A stretch of 64,000 nt of DNA from Gammaproteobacteria bacterium (lineage in GTDB: Bacteria > Pseudomonadota > Gammaproteobacteria > JAJPIJ01): NCBI GenBank assembly GCA_046347035.1, contig JAXMGY010000002.1:24552-88551 (forward strand), written 5' to 3'. The position numbers were made by a program, and so were the translations under genes. Positions 19,186 through 28,913 of this stretch are shown here, in pieces. A model generated the notes under the pieces. The model saw only the letters and a program-made list of their open reading frames with translations. It made no database searches and had not been told where the DNA came from. The number at the start of each line of letters is the position of its first letter. The stretch's first letter is position 1.

Positions 19186-21957
19186 CTATTCCTTGACCGA
19201 AATTAACGTCAAACTCGGTGCTGCTCCAACTCGAAAATTGTTCAACAACTCCGCGACTTCCGTAGACGGCACTGCGCGCGAGAAATAGAACCCCTGTCCG
19301 GCGTGACAACCCAGACGGCGCAGTTCTGCCAGTTGCGTCGTTGTCTCGATTCCCTCGGCAATTGTTGCCATACCGAGCGAATTGCCCATCGCCACAATCG
19401 CACGCACCAATGCATCACTATTGGCTTCTTCGGTAATCTTGCTGATAAACGAGCGATCGATCTTCAAGATATCGAAGGGGAATTGATGCAGGTAACTGAG
19501 CGCCGAATAGCCAGTGCCAAAATCATCCAGCGCCAGACGCACGCCAAGTTTTTTCAACGCTGACAAACGCCCGAGTGACCACTCGACGTTCTCCACCAGC
19601 ATGCTTTCTGTGATCTCCAAGACCAGCGACTCAGGTCGGATGCCGGAGTGGTGGATGATTTCCTGCAGTTCATCGACAAACCCCTGAGACTGCAGTTGGC
19701 GCGGGGAAATGTTGACGGAAACGTACTGCAGCGCGTCGCGTGGAAGTGATTCCTGCCATCTCCGACCTTGAGCGCACGCTTCAACCAGTACGCGCCGGCC
19801 AATTTGCACGATGAGGTCGCTGCCCTCGGCCACCGAGATGAAAGCACCCGGCGAAACCATGCCGCGCTGCGGATGCCGCCAGCGTACCAAGGCCTCGACG
19901 CCAATGATGGCATTGGTTTGTAGATCGATAACCGGTTGGTAGTGGGCGATGAATTCATCGGCCTGCAATCCACGCCTCACATCCATTTCCACTTCCAGAT
20001 GCTGCAGCACCTGCGCATGCATCGACGCTTCGAAGAATTCGTGACCGCCTTTGCCGCGAGCCTTGGCGCGATACATCGCCACGTCAGCATTGCGCAACAG
20101 ATCCTGTGTGTCGTCGCCCGGATTGGCGATGGCGATGCCGATACTGCCGCTGACAGTAACCGACTTGCCGGCGAGATAAACCGGGACATCGAGCGCATCG
20201 CTCATGCGCATAGCCAGTGTTGCCAGATCTGGCGTGGCTTTGAAGTCTTCGACCAACACAGCGAATTCGTCACCACCAAGGCGCGCAACGGTGTCATCGG
20301 GGCGCACCACGCGCCGCAGCCGCTCCGCCACCGCCATCAATAGATTATCGCCCATTTCATGACCGAGACTGTCGTTGATGGTCTTGAAATTATCGAGATC
20401 GACAAACATCACGGCCACTCGCGTTTCCATTCGCGCCACGCGCTGCAACGCCAACTGCACACGCTCGTTAAACAGATTGCGATTGGGTAACATGGTCAGC
20501 GGATCGTGGAAAGCCATATGGCGCAGGCGATCCTCCAGCCCGCGGCGATCAGTGACGTCGCGGCAGTTCAAGACCAGTCCACCCACTTCTTGGTCGGCTA
20601 TCAAGTTGGAAGCGATGATCTCCATGTGCTGCCAGGAATCATCTCGGTTACGCATGCGATACTCCACCGGCTCGCTCACACCTTGAGCGCTGCCCAGCTG
20701 GCGCAGAAACTCACCCATCGCGGGAATATCGTCGTGATGCATGAGCACCGCCAGGTTACAACCCTGTAAAGTCTCCGGCGGCCAACCCAACGTCCGTTCC
20801 ACCGACGGCGATGCAAAGCGCACTGCGCCGTCGGCATCCGTCACCAGCACCACGTCGGAGGAGTGACGAATCAATGTGCCAAAGCGATGCTCAACACGCC
20901 TCTCGGCCTGCGCCGCATGCAGACGTGCAATATCGCGCGCGGCGATGATCTGTCGTGCAATGACCAGGCAGGTCAACACGAACACGGTGACCAGCGGCAA
21001 CGGATTGGCGTCGCGTCCGCTGACGATGTAGTCGTGCGCCAACAATCCGTAGCCGGCGAACACTGCGATATAGGGAGCGATTCGGTATGGATACGGCTTG
21101 CGATCCGTGACTCTCTCTTCAAACTGTATTCCGCGCCGGTACTGATCGAGCGCGGCCAAAATGATGCAGGTGAAGGAAAGCAGAAACCAGATGTCAGTCA
21201 CGCCACCGGACTGGTAACTGCCAGAGGCCGTTTCCAGAATGAACTCAATATCGGCGATAAAAGTGAGTGCTTGTGCCAACAGCAACAGCAGCACCGGTGC
21301 GCTCAAGCCATGCTGCTGCCGCTTCAACAACACCGATACGATGCCAAAGACGAGCAGGCTATCGCCCAGCGGATAGGCCAAGGCGATTGCCAGATTGAAG
21401 CGGCTTTCTTCATCGGCGCCGACGTGCGGCAAAACGAAATAGGCGATGAATGCCAGTGCCGCCACCATCACCGTTGCCGCATCGAGCGCGAACTTTGTTT
21501 TTTCTCCCGCGCCGTGCAGCGGTTCCGACAGGAACAACAGGCCGATGAACATCGACGGATAGGCAATCAGGAAGAAGAAGTCCGCGATTGATGGCCAGGG
21601 TTCGATCTGAAGTACGCCTTCGTAGTAACTGAACAGGCAGTTACCCACCCAGGTCGAGAAGTAATACAACGCAATCAGCGCCCACGCACGGCGGGTGCGA
21701 GTCTGCAATCGCTTGTCACGCCAAACCGCAATTGAAAGCAGTGCCGCGAAAAAACCCAGCGGCAAATCGTAGAAAGTCAGCCAGCGCGACACCGCCTCGT
21801 GCTGCCATTGCGTTAACATCAGAGTCAACCAGGCAGCGATCCACAACAGCACCAAGCCAGCGGCGCGTTCGAGCCACGAGCCGCTGACAAGACCCCGAAG
21901 GGTGATTGGGCCCACTCTATCCCCCTCGATACCGCTTGAATTCAACAAGTTAGCCAT
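19186..21957 (-). CDS. membrane sensor PAS-GGDEF-EAL protein (c-di-GMP turnover)
   Basis: The 923-aa ORF has an N-terminal block of about 330 aa with multiple TM segments, then a PAS domain, a GGDEF domain (RPDD I-site 5 aa before LGGDEF) and an EAL domain (EALVRWRHPQRG, DDFGTGYS). Confidence 0.9.
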   Translation of the reverse strand: MANLLNSSGIEGDRVGPITLRGLVSGSWLERAAGLVLLWIAAWLTLMLTQWQHEAVSRWLTFYDLPLGFFAALLSIAVWRDKRLQTRTRRAWALIALYYFSTWVGNCLFSYYEGVLQIEPWPSIADFFFLIAYPSMFIGLLFLSEPLHGAGEKTKFALDAATVMVAALAFIAYFVLPHVGADEESRFNLAIALAYPLGDSLLVFGIVSVLLKRQQHGLSAPVLLLLLAQALTFIADIEFILETASGSYQSGGVTDIWFLLSFTCIILAALDQYRRGIQFEERVTDRKPYPYRIAPYIAVFAGYGLLAHDYIVSGRDANPLPLVTVFVLTCLVIARQIIAARDIARLHAAQAERRVEHRFGTLIRHSSDVVLVTDADGAVRFASPSVERTLGWPPETLQGCNLAVLMHHDDIPAMGEFLRQLGSAQGVSEPVEYRMRNRDDSWQHMEIIASNLIADQEVGGLVLNCRDVTDRRGLEDRLRHMAFHDPLTMLPNRNLFNERVQLALQRVARMETRVAVMFVDLDNFKTINDSLGHEMGDNLLMAVAERLRRVVRPDDTVARLGGDEFAVLVEDFKATPDLATLAMRMSDALDVPVYLAGKSVTVSGSIGIAIANPGDDTQDLLRNADVAMYRAKARGKGGHEFFEASMHAQVLQHLEVEMDVRRGLQADEFIAHYQPVIDLQTNAIIGVEALVRWRHPQRGMVSPGAFISVAEGSDLIVQIGRRVLVEACAQGRRWQESLPRDALQYVSVNISPRQLQSQGFVDELQEIIHHSGIRPESLVLEITESMLVENVEWSLGRLSALKKLGVRLALDDFGTGYSALSYLHQFPFDILKIDRSFISKITEEANSDALVRAIVAMGNSLGMATIAEGIETTTQLAELRRLGCHAGQGFYFSRAVPSTEVAELLNNFRVGAAPSLTLISVKE

Positions 21958-22144
21958 CGCGTTGACTGGTGGAAGCTTTAAGTAATTTTACCAATTTCCT
22001 ATAGCAATCTTTGAGCCATAGCTGAATAAGCGTTCAAGGCAACATACGCTTATGGCATACCCTATCGGCCGCAATTCGATCTGGAAGCGACCTTCCGCGT
22101 CTTGCTCGGATTCAGCTGCGAAACAGTTGGCATTCCATCGCCAC

Positions 22145-23458
22145 TCAGCGCACAAACAGGGCAATGGACTCCACATGCGCCGTATGCGGAAACATGTCCA
22201 TGATGCCGACACACTGCAACTGGAAGCCATGCTGGTTGATGATCACCTCGGCATCGCGCGCCAACGTTGCTGGATTGCAGGACACATAAACGATTCTGTC
22301 GACGGCGCCCAGGTTGAGCGTGCGCAGCACCTCGATGGCGCCCGTGCGCGGCGGATCCAGCAACAGCTTGTTGAAATCCGAGATCGGCGGCGTTTCCTTG
22401 GTCAGGTCAGCCTTGAAGAACTGGGCATTGGTCAGACCATTACGATTTGCATTGGCACTGGCACGCACCACTAGCCCCGCATCGCCTTCTACACCAACAA
22501 CTTGCGCCACGTAACGGGCAATGGGAATCGAGAAGTTCCCCAGGCCGCAAAAGAGATCCAACACGCGATCATGGGTGTTCAACGCCAACAACTCGATTAC
22601 TTTATCGATGGCATCCAGATTAATCGCGGCATTGACCTGGATAAAATCCAGTGGCTCAAACGCCAGTGCAATATTGTGCCTCGGGACGGAGAAGCTGGGT
22701 GTTCGCTGACCCGGCGTGACTGGATGGACGCTGTCGGTGCCGCCAGGTTGCAAATAGAATCTCCATCCGTGATCGGCGGCAGCAGATGTGAGTATTTCTA
22801 GATCGTTGGCGGTCAACGGCCGTAGATGCCGCAAGGTCAACACCGGGCCGATGTCATCCACACCCACTTCGATTTGCGGAATCTGGTCGGGACAACTCAG
22901 CGCGCCAACAATCGAGCGAATCGTCTTCAACCTTTCGCCGATCGCCGGGTCGAGGACGGGGCAGCTGTCGATATCGGCGATGAAGTGGCTGTTCTTCTCA
23001 CGAAAGCCAACCAGAACGCCGCCCTTCTTTGGCACCAAACGAAGTCCAAGCCGCGCCCGCCGACGATAGCCCCACACCGGTCCTGTCAGCGGTGGCAACA
23101 CCGCGTGCGGCTGCACTTTGCCGATGTGCTGCAATTGTTCGAGCAGCATGCGCTGCTTGTGTTCTATCTGTGCCAAGGGCGACAGATGTTGCAGACTACA
23201 GCCGCCACAAACGCCAAAGTGCGCACAACCTGCAGGCACTCGCAGCGGCGATGAAGTCAGCACTTCAACCGCGATGGCTTCGTCGTAGCGCCGGTGGCGG
23301 CGCGTCAGTCGCGCCCGAACTTCCTCGCCGGACAGCGCATTGTCGATGAATACGGTCTTGCCATCCCTACGTGCGACACCACGGCCTTCGTGCGATAGCG
23401 AATCGATGCGAACAATGAAAGGCTCGGCCGGGGCGGCGCGACGTTTACCCATGATCAT
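22145..23458 (-). CDS. rlmD: 23S rRNA (uracil1939-C5)-methyltransferase RlmD
   Basis: The 437-aa ORF has a TRAM-like N-terminus, an Fe-S Cys cluster (CAHFGVCGGCSLQH) and a SAM methyltransferase C-terminus (LDLFCGLGNF, VYVSCNPATLARD). Confidence 0.9.
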   Translation of the reverse strand: MIMGKRRAAPAEPFIVRIDSLSHEGRGVARRDGKTVFIDNALSGEEVRARLTRRHRRYDEAIAVEVLTSSPLRVPAGCAHFGVCGGCSLQHLSPLAQIEHKQRMLLEQLQHIGKVQPHAVLPPLTGPVWGYRRRARLGLRLVPKKGGVLVGFREKNSHFIADIDSCPVLDPAIGERLKTIRSIVGALSCPDQIPQIEVGVDDIGPVLTLRHLRPLTANDLEILTSAAADHGWRFYLQPGGTDSVHPVTPGQRTPSFSVPRHNIALAFEPLDFIQVNAAINLDAIDKVIELLALNTHDRVLDLFCGLGNFSIPIARYVAQVVGVEGDAGLVVRASANANRNGLTNAQFFKADLTKETPPISDFNKLLLDPPRTGAIEVLRTLNLGAVDRIVYVSCNPATLARDAEVIINQHGFQLQCVGIMDMFPHTAHVESIALFVR

Positions 23459-23512
23459 TCCGCGAAGAAACGGTGATATCGAATCAGCGTGGCGACGATT
23501 TGACTCTCAGCG

Positions 23513-24286
23513 CTACTCCGGCCACGCGTCCAGAAAGCGATCAAAGTGTGCCTGCTGCTCATCGCGCAGGTAGCGGCGCAGCTTCCGGCATTTGTCCGCG
23601 CAGCCTTCGGCGTTCAAGCGACCGCGCATTTGCTCAAAGCGCAGATAGACAAGATAGGTATTAATCACATCCGTCTCGCAATAGTCACGAATGCCCTCGC
23701 GATCGCCCGCCAAGTACGCGTCCCACACCTGACTTCCATCCATGCCGAGCTTACCCGGGAATCCTAGGAGCGTTGCGATGTCATCGAGCGAGGCCACTGC
23801 GCGCGGCTGATAACCCGACAACACATCCATCAAATCGATGTGACGCCAGTGATAGCGACTCAAATAGTTGTTGTAACGAAAGCTGGTGTCATCTTCGCCG
23901 GTTTCCCAATAACGCGGCGCCGCCACGCCATTGATAAGGGCGCGGTAGTGCAACACCGGCAAATCGAAACCACCGCCATTCCACGACACCAGCGTCGGCG
24001 TGTACTTGTCGATGCCGTCGAAAAAACGGGCCAGGATCTCGGCCTCTGTGGAATCGACTTCTCCCACCGACCACACTTTCAACCGATCGCCGGTGCGCAG
24101 CAATGTTGAAATCGCCACCACCCGTTGCAGATGATGTTTGAGAAATTCCGAACCGCCCGTTTCCTGCCTGCGCTTGGCGAACATGGCCTTGGCCACATCG
24201 GCGTCGCTTAGCCCCGTCAGATCGAGCAGGCGGCGACCGGCCTCAACATCCGGCACCGTTTCAATATCAAATACAAGCAGATTCAC
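23513..24286 (-). CDS. DEDD-type 3'-5' exonuclease (PolB exonuclease-domain-like, RNase H fold)
   Basis: The 257-aa ORF contains MNLLVFDIETVPD, LVSWNGGGFDLPVL and YCETDVINTY, which correspond to the Exo I/II/III motifs. Confidence 0.75.
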   Translation of the reverse strand: MNLLVFDIETVPDVEAGRRLLDLTGLSDADVAKAMFAKRRQETGGSEFLKHHLQRVVAISTLLRTGDRLKVWSVGEVDSTEAEILARFFDGIDKYTPTLVSWNGGGFDLPVLHYRALINGVAAPRYWETGEDDTSFRYNNYLSRYHWRHIDLMDVLSGYQPRAVASLDDIATLLGFPGKLGMDGSQVWDAYLAGDREGIRDYCETDVINTYLVYLRFEQMRGRLNAEGCADKCRKLRRYLRDEQQAHFDRFLDAWPE

Positions 24287-24323
24287 CCGTCACATTCTAC
24301 GTTAATTTGATTGATGGCAGGCA

Positions 24324-24355
24324 CAAAAAAAACGGCCCGATTCTTAATCGGGCCG
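24324..24355 (-). terminator. rho-independent terminator downstream of the ydbL-like gene
   Basis: The minus strand reads CGGCCCGATTAAGAATCGGGCCG (a 9-10 bp GC-rich stem) followed by TTTTTTTT. Confidence 0.8.
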
Positions 24356-24389
24356 CTCTCAGTTTGCGCGGTATTGTATTCGGCGATTG

Positions 24390-25022
24390 TTACTTCTGTA
24401 CCCAACCGCCACCCGCATCCTGGAACCACCAACCACTTGGCGCATTGGCCACCCAGCGGCGATCGAAGATCGTGCGGATCTCCGGCTCCCATTCCGGATG
24501 ATCGTTGGCCTTGGCGATCTCGCCATAGAGCGCATTGCGATCGGCATTTTCCTGCTTGATCAGTTCTTGCACCGTGCCGCGATCCTTCAACGAAACCGCC
24601 TTGGCGTCACGCAATTCAAGCAAGCCGTTCGCGCCCAAGCCGATAGCACCGGCATTGTAGAACGGCACCAGCTGACCATGACGCGTCTGCATCTGTCCCT
24701 TAAGTTGATTGATGGCCGGCGTATCGACGTCGATATTGGGTTGCTGCGCATAAGCCGGCGTCACCATCATCTCCAACAACATGCCAACGGCGTGTGCAGG
24801 ATCGATAGTGCTTGATTTGTCCTTGGGTGCCGGTGCCGATTCCTGTGGAGCAGACTTCTGGTCCTGCATCTCCTTGACCTTTGCGCCATAGACTTCCTTG
24901 ACGATGCGATCGGCGGCCTCTTCCACTGCTGCGGCTGGAAAGTAAACGTTGACAGTGACGCACGCACTCAACGCCGTCATAAGCGACAACAACGCACCAC
25001 GCATAAACGTTTTCATTTCCAA
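24390..25022 (-). CDS. ydbL: YdbL/DUF1318 family lipoprotein with N-terminal extension
   Basis: The 210-aa ORF has a lipobox (LMTALSAC). The C-terminal half QELIKQENADRNALYGEIAKAN...WVANAPSGWWFQDAGGGWVQK matches DUF1318. It lies directly downstream of the ydbH-like gene. Confidence 0.7.
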   Translation of the reverse strand: MEMKTFMRGALLSLMTALSACVTVNVYFPAAAVEEAADRIVKEVYGAKVKEMQDQKSAPQESAPAPKDKSSTIDPAHAVGMLLEMMVTPAYAQQPNIDVDTPAINQLKGQMQTRHGQLVPFYNAGAIGLGANGLLELRDAKAVSLKDRGTVQELIKQENADRNALYGEIAKANDHPEWEPEIRTIFDRRWVANAPSGWWFQDAGGGWVQK

Positions 25023-25090
25023 TCGACCTCCATCGAAAACTTTTCTGATTGAAACACTGTGAACCGCGGCTTAATCACCGCGTTCCCCAA

Positions 25091-27262
25091 CTACTGTAAT
25101 TGCATTTGACCGCTATTGATGCGTTTAAATCCCAACAGTACATCGCTCCAGGCAACCGCGTAGCGTCCGTCGGGCAGTTTGGCGCCGGAACCGCGTACGT
25201 CGATCCACGGCGGAAGAATTCCTCCGCGAGTAACAATGTAAAAACCGTCGCTGGCCGGCGCAACCCCCTGCATGGCGCAAATGCCGTCAGCAAGCCGACA
25301 ATGCAACCCTAGCCGATCGTAGGAGTAATCTTGGAAAATACGCAGGAATCCACGTGACAACGCGCCACCGATTCCTCCACCAATCGCGCTCAAGTTATCC
25401 ACCGCTTTCTGGCTGATGCGATGCGGTTTATCGTCCGACTGCGGTGTCTCGAGATATCCATCGAATGCTACCGGCTGCCAGTTTTGCAATTCAATGTCAC
25501 GAACCTGGCCCTCAATCGTGCCTTCGATCTTTCCGAATGAAAACGCACCGGTGAGTTGTTCGAGATCGATATTGCGAATATCAATGTCGGTGTTCAACTT
25601 TGTTTGTTGACCAAATGGACTGGTCACACTCAGCCCACGCACCACTACCGTGCCGCCGAATACCCGCACCAGCAGATCGCCATCGAGCTCAAGCCTTCCA
25701 TGCCGATAGGAAAGTCCGGGAATTACACCGGACAACGTTCCCTGCATAATTGGCCAGCCCATGGCCTGAGAAAAGGCCTGCATCGGAATCGGTGTCAACA
25801 CCCCCTGCATGGTGACAGTGAAATCCGGCTTGCCAACATTGGCAAGCGATAGTTGCTTGACCTTGAACATTCCACCCAGTATTTCTACGTCGCTCCATTG
25901 AGTCACCTGCAGTGCATGAGCGCGCGACGTCATCGCCACGCTGCCACCACCAAAATCCAATCGCTGCCAACCCGCACTCTGCCAGCGCAGCTCAGAATTC
26001 TCCTGTTCATCACCATCATTGAGAATGACGTTACCGTTGAGGCTGGCAATGCGAAATCGCCTGCGATCGTCATCAGCATGGACGTCGTTGAAAGTCAGTC
26101 GAAGATTGCGCACACCCTGTTCGTCCCAATTGAGCTTGGCGCTGGCAGCGCCTGCTAACTCCACGCCGCACAACGCCGGCAAGTGCGCACAATGCGCTTT
26201 AAGATGCGCGACATTGAAACGCTCCAAATCCTGTATATCCAACGCCAATTCCAGTTCGCTGCTTGTGGCTGCCCCGCTGGATCGACGTTGATGTAAGTCG
26301 AAACTTGCCACACCAGGTTGGGTTAGATTGACCTCCTGCAGCTGCCAAGTCTTCGATTCATCCACCCGCATAGTCCAATTCAACGTAATGGGCGCATCGG
26401 AATATTCAAGCGTAACACCCGGCGAATAATCACCGATTCGCAACCCTGGTTCGTAGTAAAGCGCGCCGGCTTCCAACACCGCCTGACCGTGAAGCATGTT
26501 TGCACCATCGTCTATCGCGGATTTCAACTCGACATGCACGTTGGCATTGTCAGCAATCGCGGGACCGTTAAAGCTCAAGCCCTTGCAGTCCAACTCCGCA
26601 TGCGAGTCACTGACTTCACCATGTCGCAGGGAAAAATCCGCGTCGAAGCTGATTACGCCGTGAACCTCATTGTATTGGGGCGACCAGTATCCGAACGCTT
26701 CCGCCAGTGGCCGCAGTGCTTCAATCGCGGCGTCGTGCCCATGCAATGAGCCTCGCCATTGCCCATCGCGGCCGCGAAGTTCAAGGCGTGCATTGGCGGC
26801 AGCAGCGACACCATTAGCGGTTACACTCACTGCGCCCGAGGCAAACGTGTATTCAAGCTCGATGTTGCCGAGCAAATTCGGGATTGAATTATCCTCAGCT
26901 TTCCCTGTTCGACGCAGAACACCGCGATGGCAGGCAAGCTCCGCTGCGGTCCACTGCACTTCGCCGCAATCGAGACGCAAATGCACGTAATTGCTGCCAT
27001 CGAGATGTAACTCATCCAATTGCAGCGATGCCTTTAGATGATCGTCTTCATCCCAGGCAAGATCAGCGCGCACACTGGCTGCATGCCCATCAACCCATTC
27101 AATGCGGCCAAGATCAACGCGCGCGGTGACTCCACCGAACCCGGTATTCACAATCATTGGCAGCCAGAGAACGCCCGCGAGTGCAAGAGCGATGTTGATC
27201 CGCGCCGAACGATTCGCCACAGGGCTATGCCGGGAAGACTCCGGTAGATAGGTAGCGATCAC
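25091..27262 (-). CDS. ydbH: YdbH-like AsmA-family intermembrane transport protein
   Basis: The 723-aa ORF has an N-terminal TM anchor (INIALALAGVLWLPMIV) and a long beta-rich body. The C-terminal region KAVDNLSAIGGG...YDRLGLHCRL..GIC is typical of YdbH. It is paired with ydbL. A GTG at 27220, just after the cysM stop, is a likely alternative start. Confidence 0.65.
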   Translation of the reverse strand: MIATYLPESSRHSPVANRSARINIALALAGVLWLPMIVNTGFGGVTARVDLGRIEWVDGHAASVRADLAWDEDDHLKASLQLDELHLDGSNYVHLRLDCGEVQWTAAELACHRGVLRRTGKAEDNSIPNLLGNIELEYTFASGAVSVTANGVAAAANARLELRGRDGQWRGSLHGHDAAIEALRPLAEAFGYWSPQYNEVHGVISFDADFSLRHGEVSDSHAELDCKGLSFNGPAIADNANVHVELKSAIDDGANMLHGQAVLEAGALYYEPGLRIGDYSPGVTLEYSDAPITLNWTMRVDESKTWQLQEVNLTQPGVASFDLHQRRSSGAATSSELELALDIQDLERFNVAHLKAHCAHLPALCGVELAGAASAKLNWDEQGVRNLRLTFNDVHADDDRRRFRIASLNGNVILNDGDEQENSELRWQSAGWQRLDFGGGSVAMTSRAHALQVTQWSDVEILGGMFKVKQLSLANVGKPDFTVTMQGVLTPIPMQAFSQAMGWPIMQGTLSGVIPGLSYRHGRLELDGDLLVRVFGGTVVVRGLSVTSPFGQQTKLNTDIDIRNIDLEQLTGAFSFGKIEGTIEGQVRDIELQNWQPVAFDGYLETPQSDDKPHRISQKAVDNLSAIGGGIGGALSRGFLRIFQDYSYDRLGLHCRLADGICAMQGVAPASDGFYIVTRGGILPPWIDVRGSGAKLPDGRYAVAWSDVLLGFKRINSGQMQLQ

Positions 27263-28130
27263 CGCGATCGCAGATGATGGTCACGATGACGGCGTTCTCG
27301 ACTTCGCGTGCGATACGTAACGCTATGGCCGTCGCGCCGCCGGAGGAAATGCCGGCGAAAATGCCCTCCTCGGCAGCCAATCGCCGCGCCATCTCCTCAG
27401 CGTCTTTTTGTGACACTTCTTCAATTCTATCAACACGGCTGCGATCGAAAATGCGCGGCAGATAGGCTTGCGGCCACTTGCGGATACCGGGGATTTGCGA
27501 GCCGTCTTGCGGATGACAGCCAATGATTTGGATCGACGGATTTTTCTCTTTCAGGAATCGCGACACACCCATGATGGTGCCGGTGGTGCCCATCGAGGAC
27601 ACAAAGTGCGTCACGCCACCTTCTGTGTCACGCCAAATTTCCGGCCCTGTGCCTTGGTAATGCGCCAGCGGATTATCGGGATTGGCGAATTGATCGAGGA
27701 TGATGCCTTCGCCGGCATCACGCATTTTTTCCGACAGATCGCGCGCCGCCTCCATGCCGCCCTTTTCGGGGGTGAGAATAAGCTGCGCGCCGAAGGCATG
27801 CATGGTCTGGCGCCGTTCCACCGACAAGTGCTCGGGCATGATGAGCACCATCTTGTAACCCATGATGGCCGCAGCCATCGCCAGCGCAATGCCGGTATTG
27901 CCGCTGGTAGCTTCGATAAGCGTGTCGCCGGGGCGAATATCACCTCGCGCCTGCGCATGCTTGATCATGGAGAGCGCCGGGCGGTCCTTGACCGAACCAG
28001 CCGGGTTGTTGCCTTCCAGCTTGGCGAGCACAATGTTGCCGGGAGACACTCCACTACGCTGAGGCAGGCGCTGCAACCGAACGAGGGGCGTATTACCGAC
28101 AAAGGACTCCAACGTAGCGATATTCATCAT
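27225..28130 (-). CDS. cysM: cysteine synthase B (O-acetylserine sulfhydrylase)
   Basis: The 301-aa ORF contains GNTPLVRLQRL, KLEGNNPAGSVKDRPA and SGNTGIALA. Confidence 0.9.
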   Translation of the reverse strand: MMNIATLESFVGNTPLVRLQRLPQRSGVSPGNIVLAKLEGNNPAGSVKDRPALSMIKHAQARGDIRPGDTLIEATSGNTGIALAMAAAIMGYKMVLIMPEHLSVERRQTMHAFGAQLILTPEKGGMEAARDLSEKMRDAGEGIILDQFANPDNPLAHYQGTGPEIWRDTEGGVTHFVSSMGTTGTIMGVSRFLKEKNPSIQIIGCHPQDGSQIPGIRKWPQAYLPRIFDRSRVDRIEEVSQKDAEEMARRLAAEEGIFAGISSGGATAIALRIAREVENAVIVTIICDRGDRYLSTGVFPA

Positions 28131-28325
28131 GAAATCTTACTTTATGGTTGTGGAATTCGGTTGTTCGAGAACACAATTGCTCGGACAATCACTGATTTTA
28201 AGTTAGATTCAATAAGTTGGCATTTTTCCTGCCCTCGCGTTGCACTGCGCGGGCGGCCGTCAAATAAGTGTACGCGTGTTGACGTACTCAGCTCTACTTT
28301 GGGATAACACAGGGCAGCACAAGGA

Positions 28326-28913
28326 ATGCAGGAACTCATCTCAGCAATGCGACAGATTGGACAAGTTGCATCATCCGAGGCGGAGCGCTCGCTCGGACGT
28401 CTGCTCACTACCAAGGTGCAGCTGCCTCCCGCCACTATCAGCCTGCTCGAATCCCGGGAACTGCTGATGGCGCTGAGCCACGATGAGGACAACGAGGCAG
28501 CGCACACGGTTTGCCAAGGCTTCATTGGCAAAGGCGTGTCCGGCGAAACACTGCTTACGCTCCGCAATGTTCGTTACGATGCCCTGGCGCATCTGGCTCG
28601 GGCCGGCGCGCCAAAGTCCGATGCCGAACGAATTGAGACCCTGCTTGATGTCGCCAACATGCTGGTCGGAGCATGCATACACAGTCTCGCCGCGCAATTG
28701 GAAGTACCCTTCAGTCAAAGTCACCCTGCACTATTGGAGAAAGACTGGCTGAAGCAGCGAGGCGCGGCCATAACGAATAACGACAACCTGAAATTATTGA
28801 CGGTAGAGATGAATATCACCGCCGCGGAATTCGCCATCGACGGCGATTTAATGGTGGTATTCGCCGAGGATTCTATCGCCATGCTGCAACAGCGTACTCG
28901 GTACCTCGTGTGA
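28326..28913 (+). CDS. CheC-like (CheC/CheX/FliY fold) protein with degenerate active-site motifs
   Basis: The 195-aa ORF has two internal repeats resembling the CheC helix motif E-I-G-N-x-x-x-G-x-A-x-x-A-L-S-x-L-L: MRQIGQVASSEAERSLGRLL and LLDVANMLVGACIHSLAAQL. The assignment is by eye only. Confidence 0.45.
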   Translation: MQELISAMRQIGQVASSEAERSLGRLLTTKVQLPPATISLLESRELLMALSHDEDNEAAHTVCQGFIGKGVSGETLLTLRNVRYDALAHLARAGAPKSDAERIETLLDVANMLVGACIHSLAAQLEVPFSQSHPALLEKDWLKQRGAAITNNDNLKLLTVEMNITAAEFAIDGDLMVVFAEDSIAMLQQRTRYLV

